A stretch of 34,018 nucleotides of DNA from IMG/VR virus record IMGVR_UViG_3300009684_000026; one strand, 5' to 3'. Source of the stretch: an uncultured virus (IMG/VR IMGVR_UViG_3300009684_000026). Lineage: Duplodnaviria; Heunggongvirae; Uroviricota; Caudoviricetes. The translations under genes were made by a program, and so were the position numbers. Below are positions 33,628 to 34,018 of this stretch, piece after piece; position 1 is the stretch's first letter, and each line of letters starts with the position of its first letter. The notes beneath the pieces were generated by a model. It saw only the letters and a program-made list of their open reading frames with translations. It did not search any database and had not been told where the DNA came from.

Positions 33628-34018
33628 ATGCCTGACAATTTAAGCCCAGCACAATTTGGAATTTCACCAAAAGAAGAGCGTGAAATGGAAACTCGTGCTC
33701 GTGTAGATGCGATTCATGAAAGTCTAGAAAAAGCTCTGTATGGTGAAGTTGGCGGATATAAAGCCTCAGTACAAGCTGGTGCTTTAAAGCGTTTAAGAAA
33801 TATTCCGGCAAATATGATGCAAGAAGATGAGCATGGACCACACGCTTCATACACCGCAGGTAATTGGACAACCAAATGGTGGGGCGGTAAATACGCTGAA
33901 CATAGCCATCCAAAACACGGGGTTGTAGATATGACCGATATGGCAGTTCATGACCATGAAACAGGAGAAGAAACTCTTCCTGAACATTTGACTGGTGCTC
34001 ATATAAAACAAGTTCACC
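33628..34018 (+). CDS. Hypothetical His-rich protein, truncated by the window end
   Basis: ATG 33628 with SD GGAGG; MPDNLSPAQFGISPKEERE... open to the end of the window. Confidence 0.75.
   Translation, partial: MPDNLSPAQFGISPKEEREMETRARVDAIHESLEKALYGEVGGYKASVQAGALKRLRNIPANMMQEDEHGPHASYTAGNWTTKWWGGKYAEHSHPKHGVVDMTDMAVHDHETGEETLPEHLTGAHIKQVH

Noticed and set aside
25..33913. All minus-strand ORFs and short alternative-frame plus-strand ORFs in the track
   Set aside because: They are shadows of well-supported + strand genes; those over the collagen tracts arise from repeat periodicity; none has recognisable motifs

Overview
A 34-kb segment of a tailed dsDNA phage with a contractile tail (myovirus-type); every credible gene is on the + strand and genes are tightly packed. 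Positions 1-15.7 kb are a tail/baseplate/fibre module: tail-assembly chaperone with a probable frameshifted extension, a tape-measure-like protein with M23 and tail-lysozyme domains, LysM/gp53-, gp27-, gp25-, gpJ- and gpI-like baseplate proteins, a gp5 OB-fold fused to collagen and a beta-helix, and a second long collagen fibre. Positions 15.7-32 kb are a replication/recombination module: HTH initiator with internal palindromic iterons, DnaC-like loader, DnaB, DnaG, SNF2 helicase, MerR-like HTH, gp32-like SSB, family A polymerase, RecA, two resolvase-like nucleases, WhiB, Cas4-like exonuclease and dNMP kinase. Positions 32-34 kb hold a SpoVS homologue and several low-complexity hypothetical genes. 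WhiB, GAAAGGA-type ribosome-binding sites and AT-rich composition (judged by eye) suggest a low-GC actinobacterial host (inference). The most notable signals are a candidate +1 UUU_CGG chaperone frameshift, an origin with 33-bp-phased palindromes, a TATCCTT element that may act as both -10 box and anti-Shine-Dalgarno in front of spoVS and the next gene, a spike-collagen-beta-helix fibre chain, and shared terminal peptide motifs. All calls come from motif recognition by eye; no searches were run.
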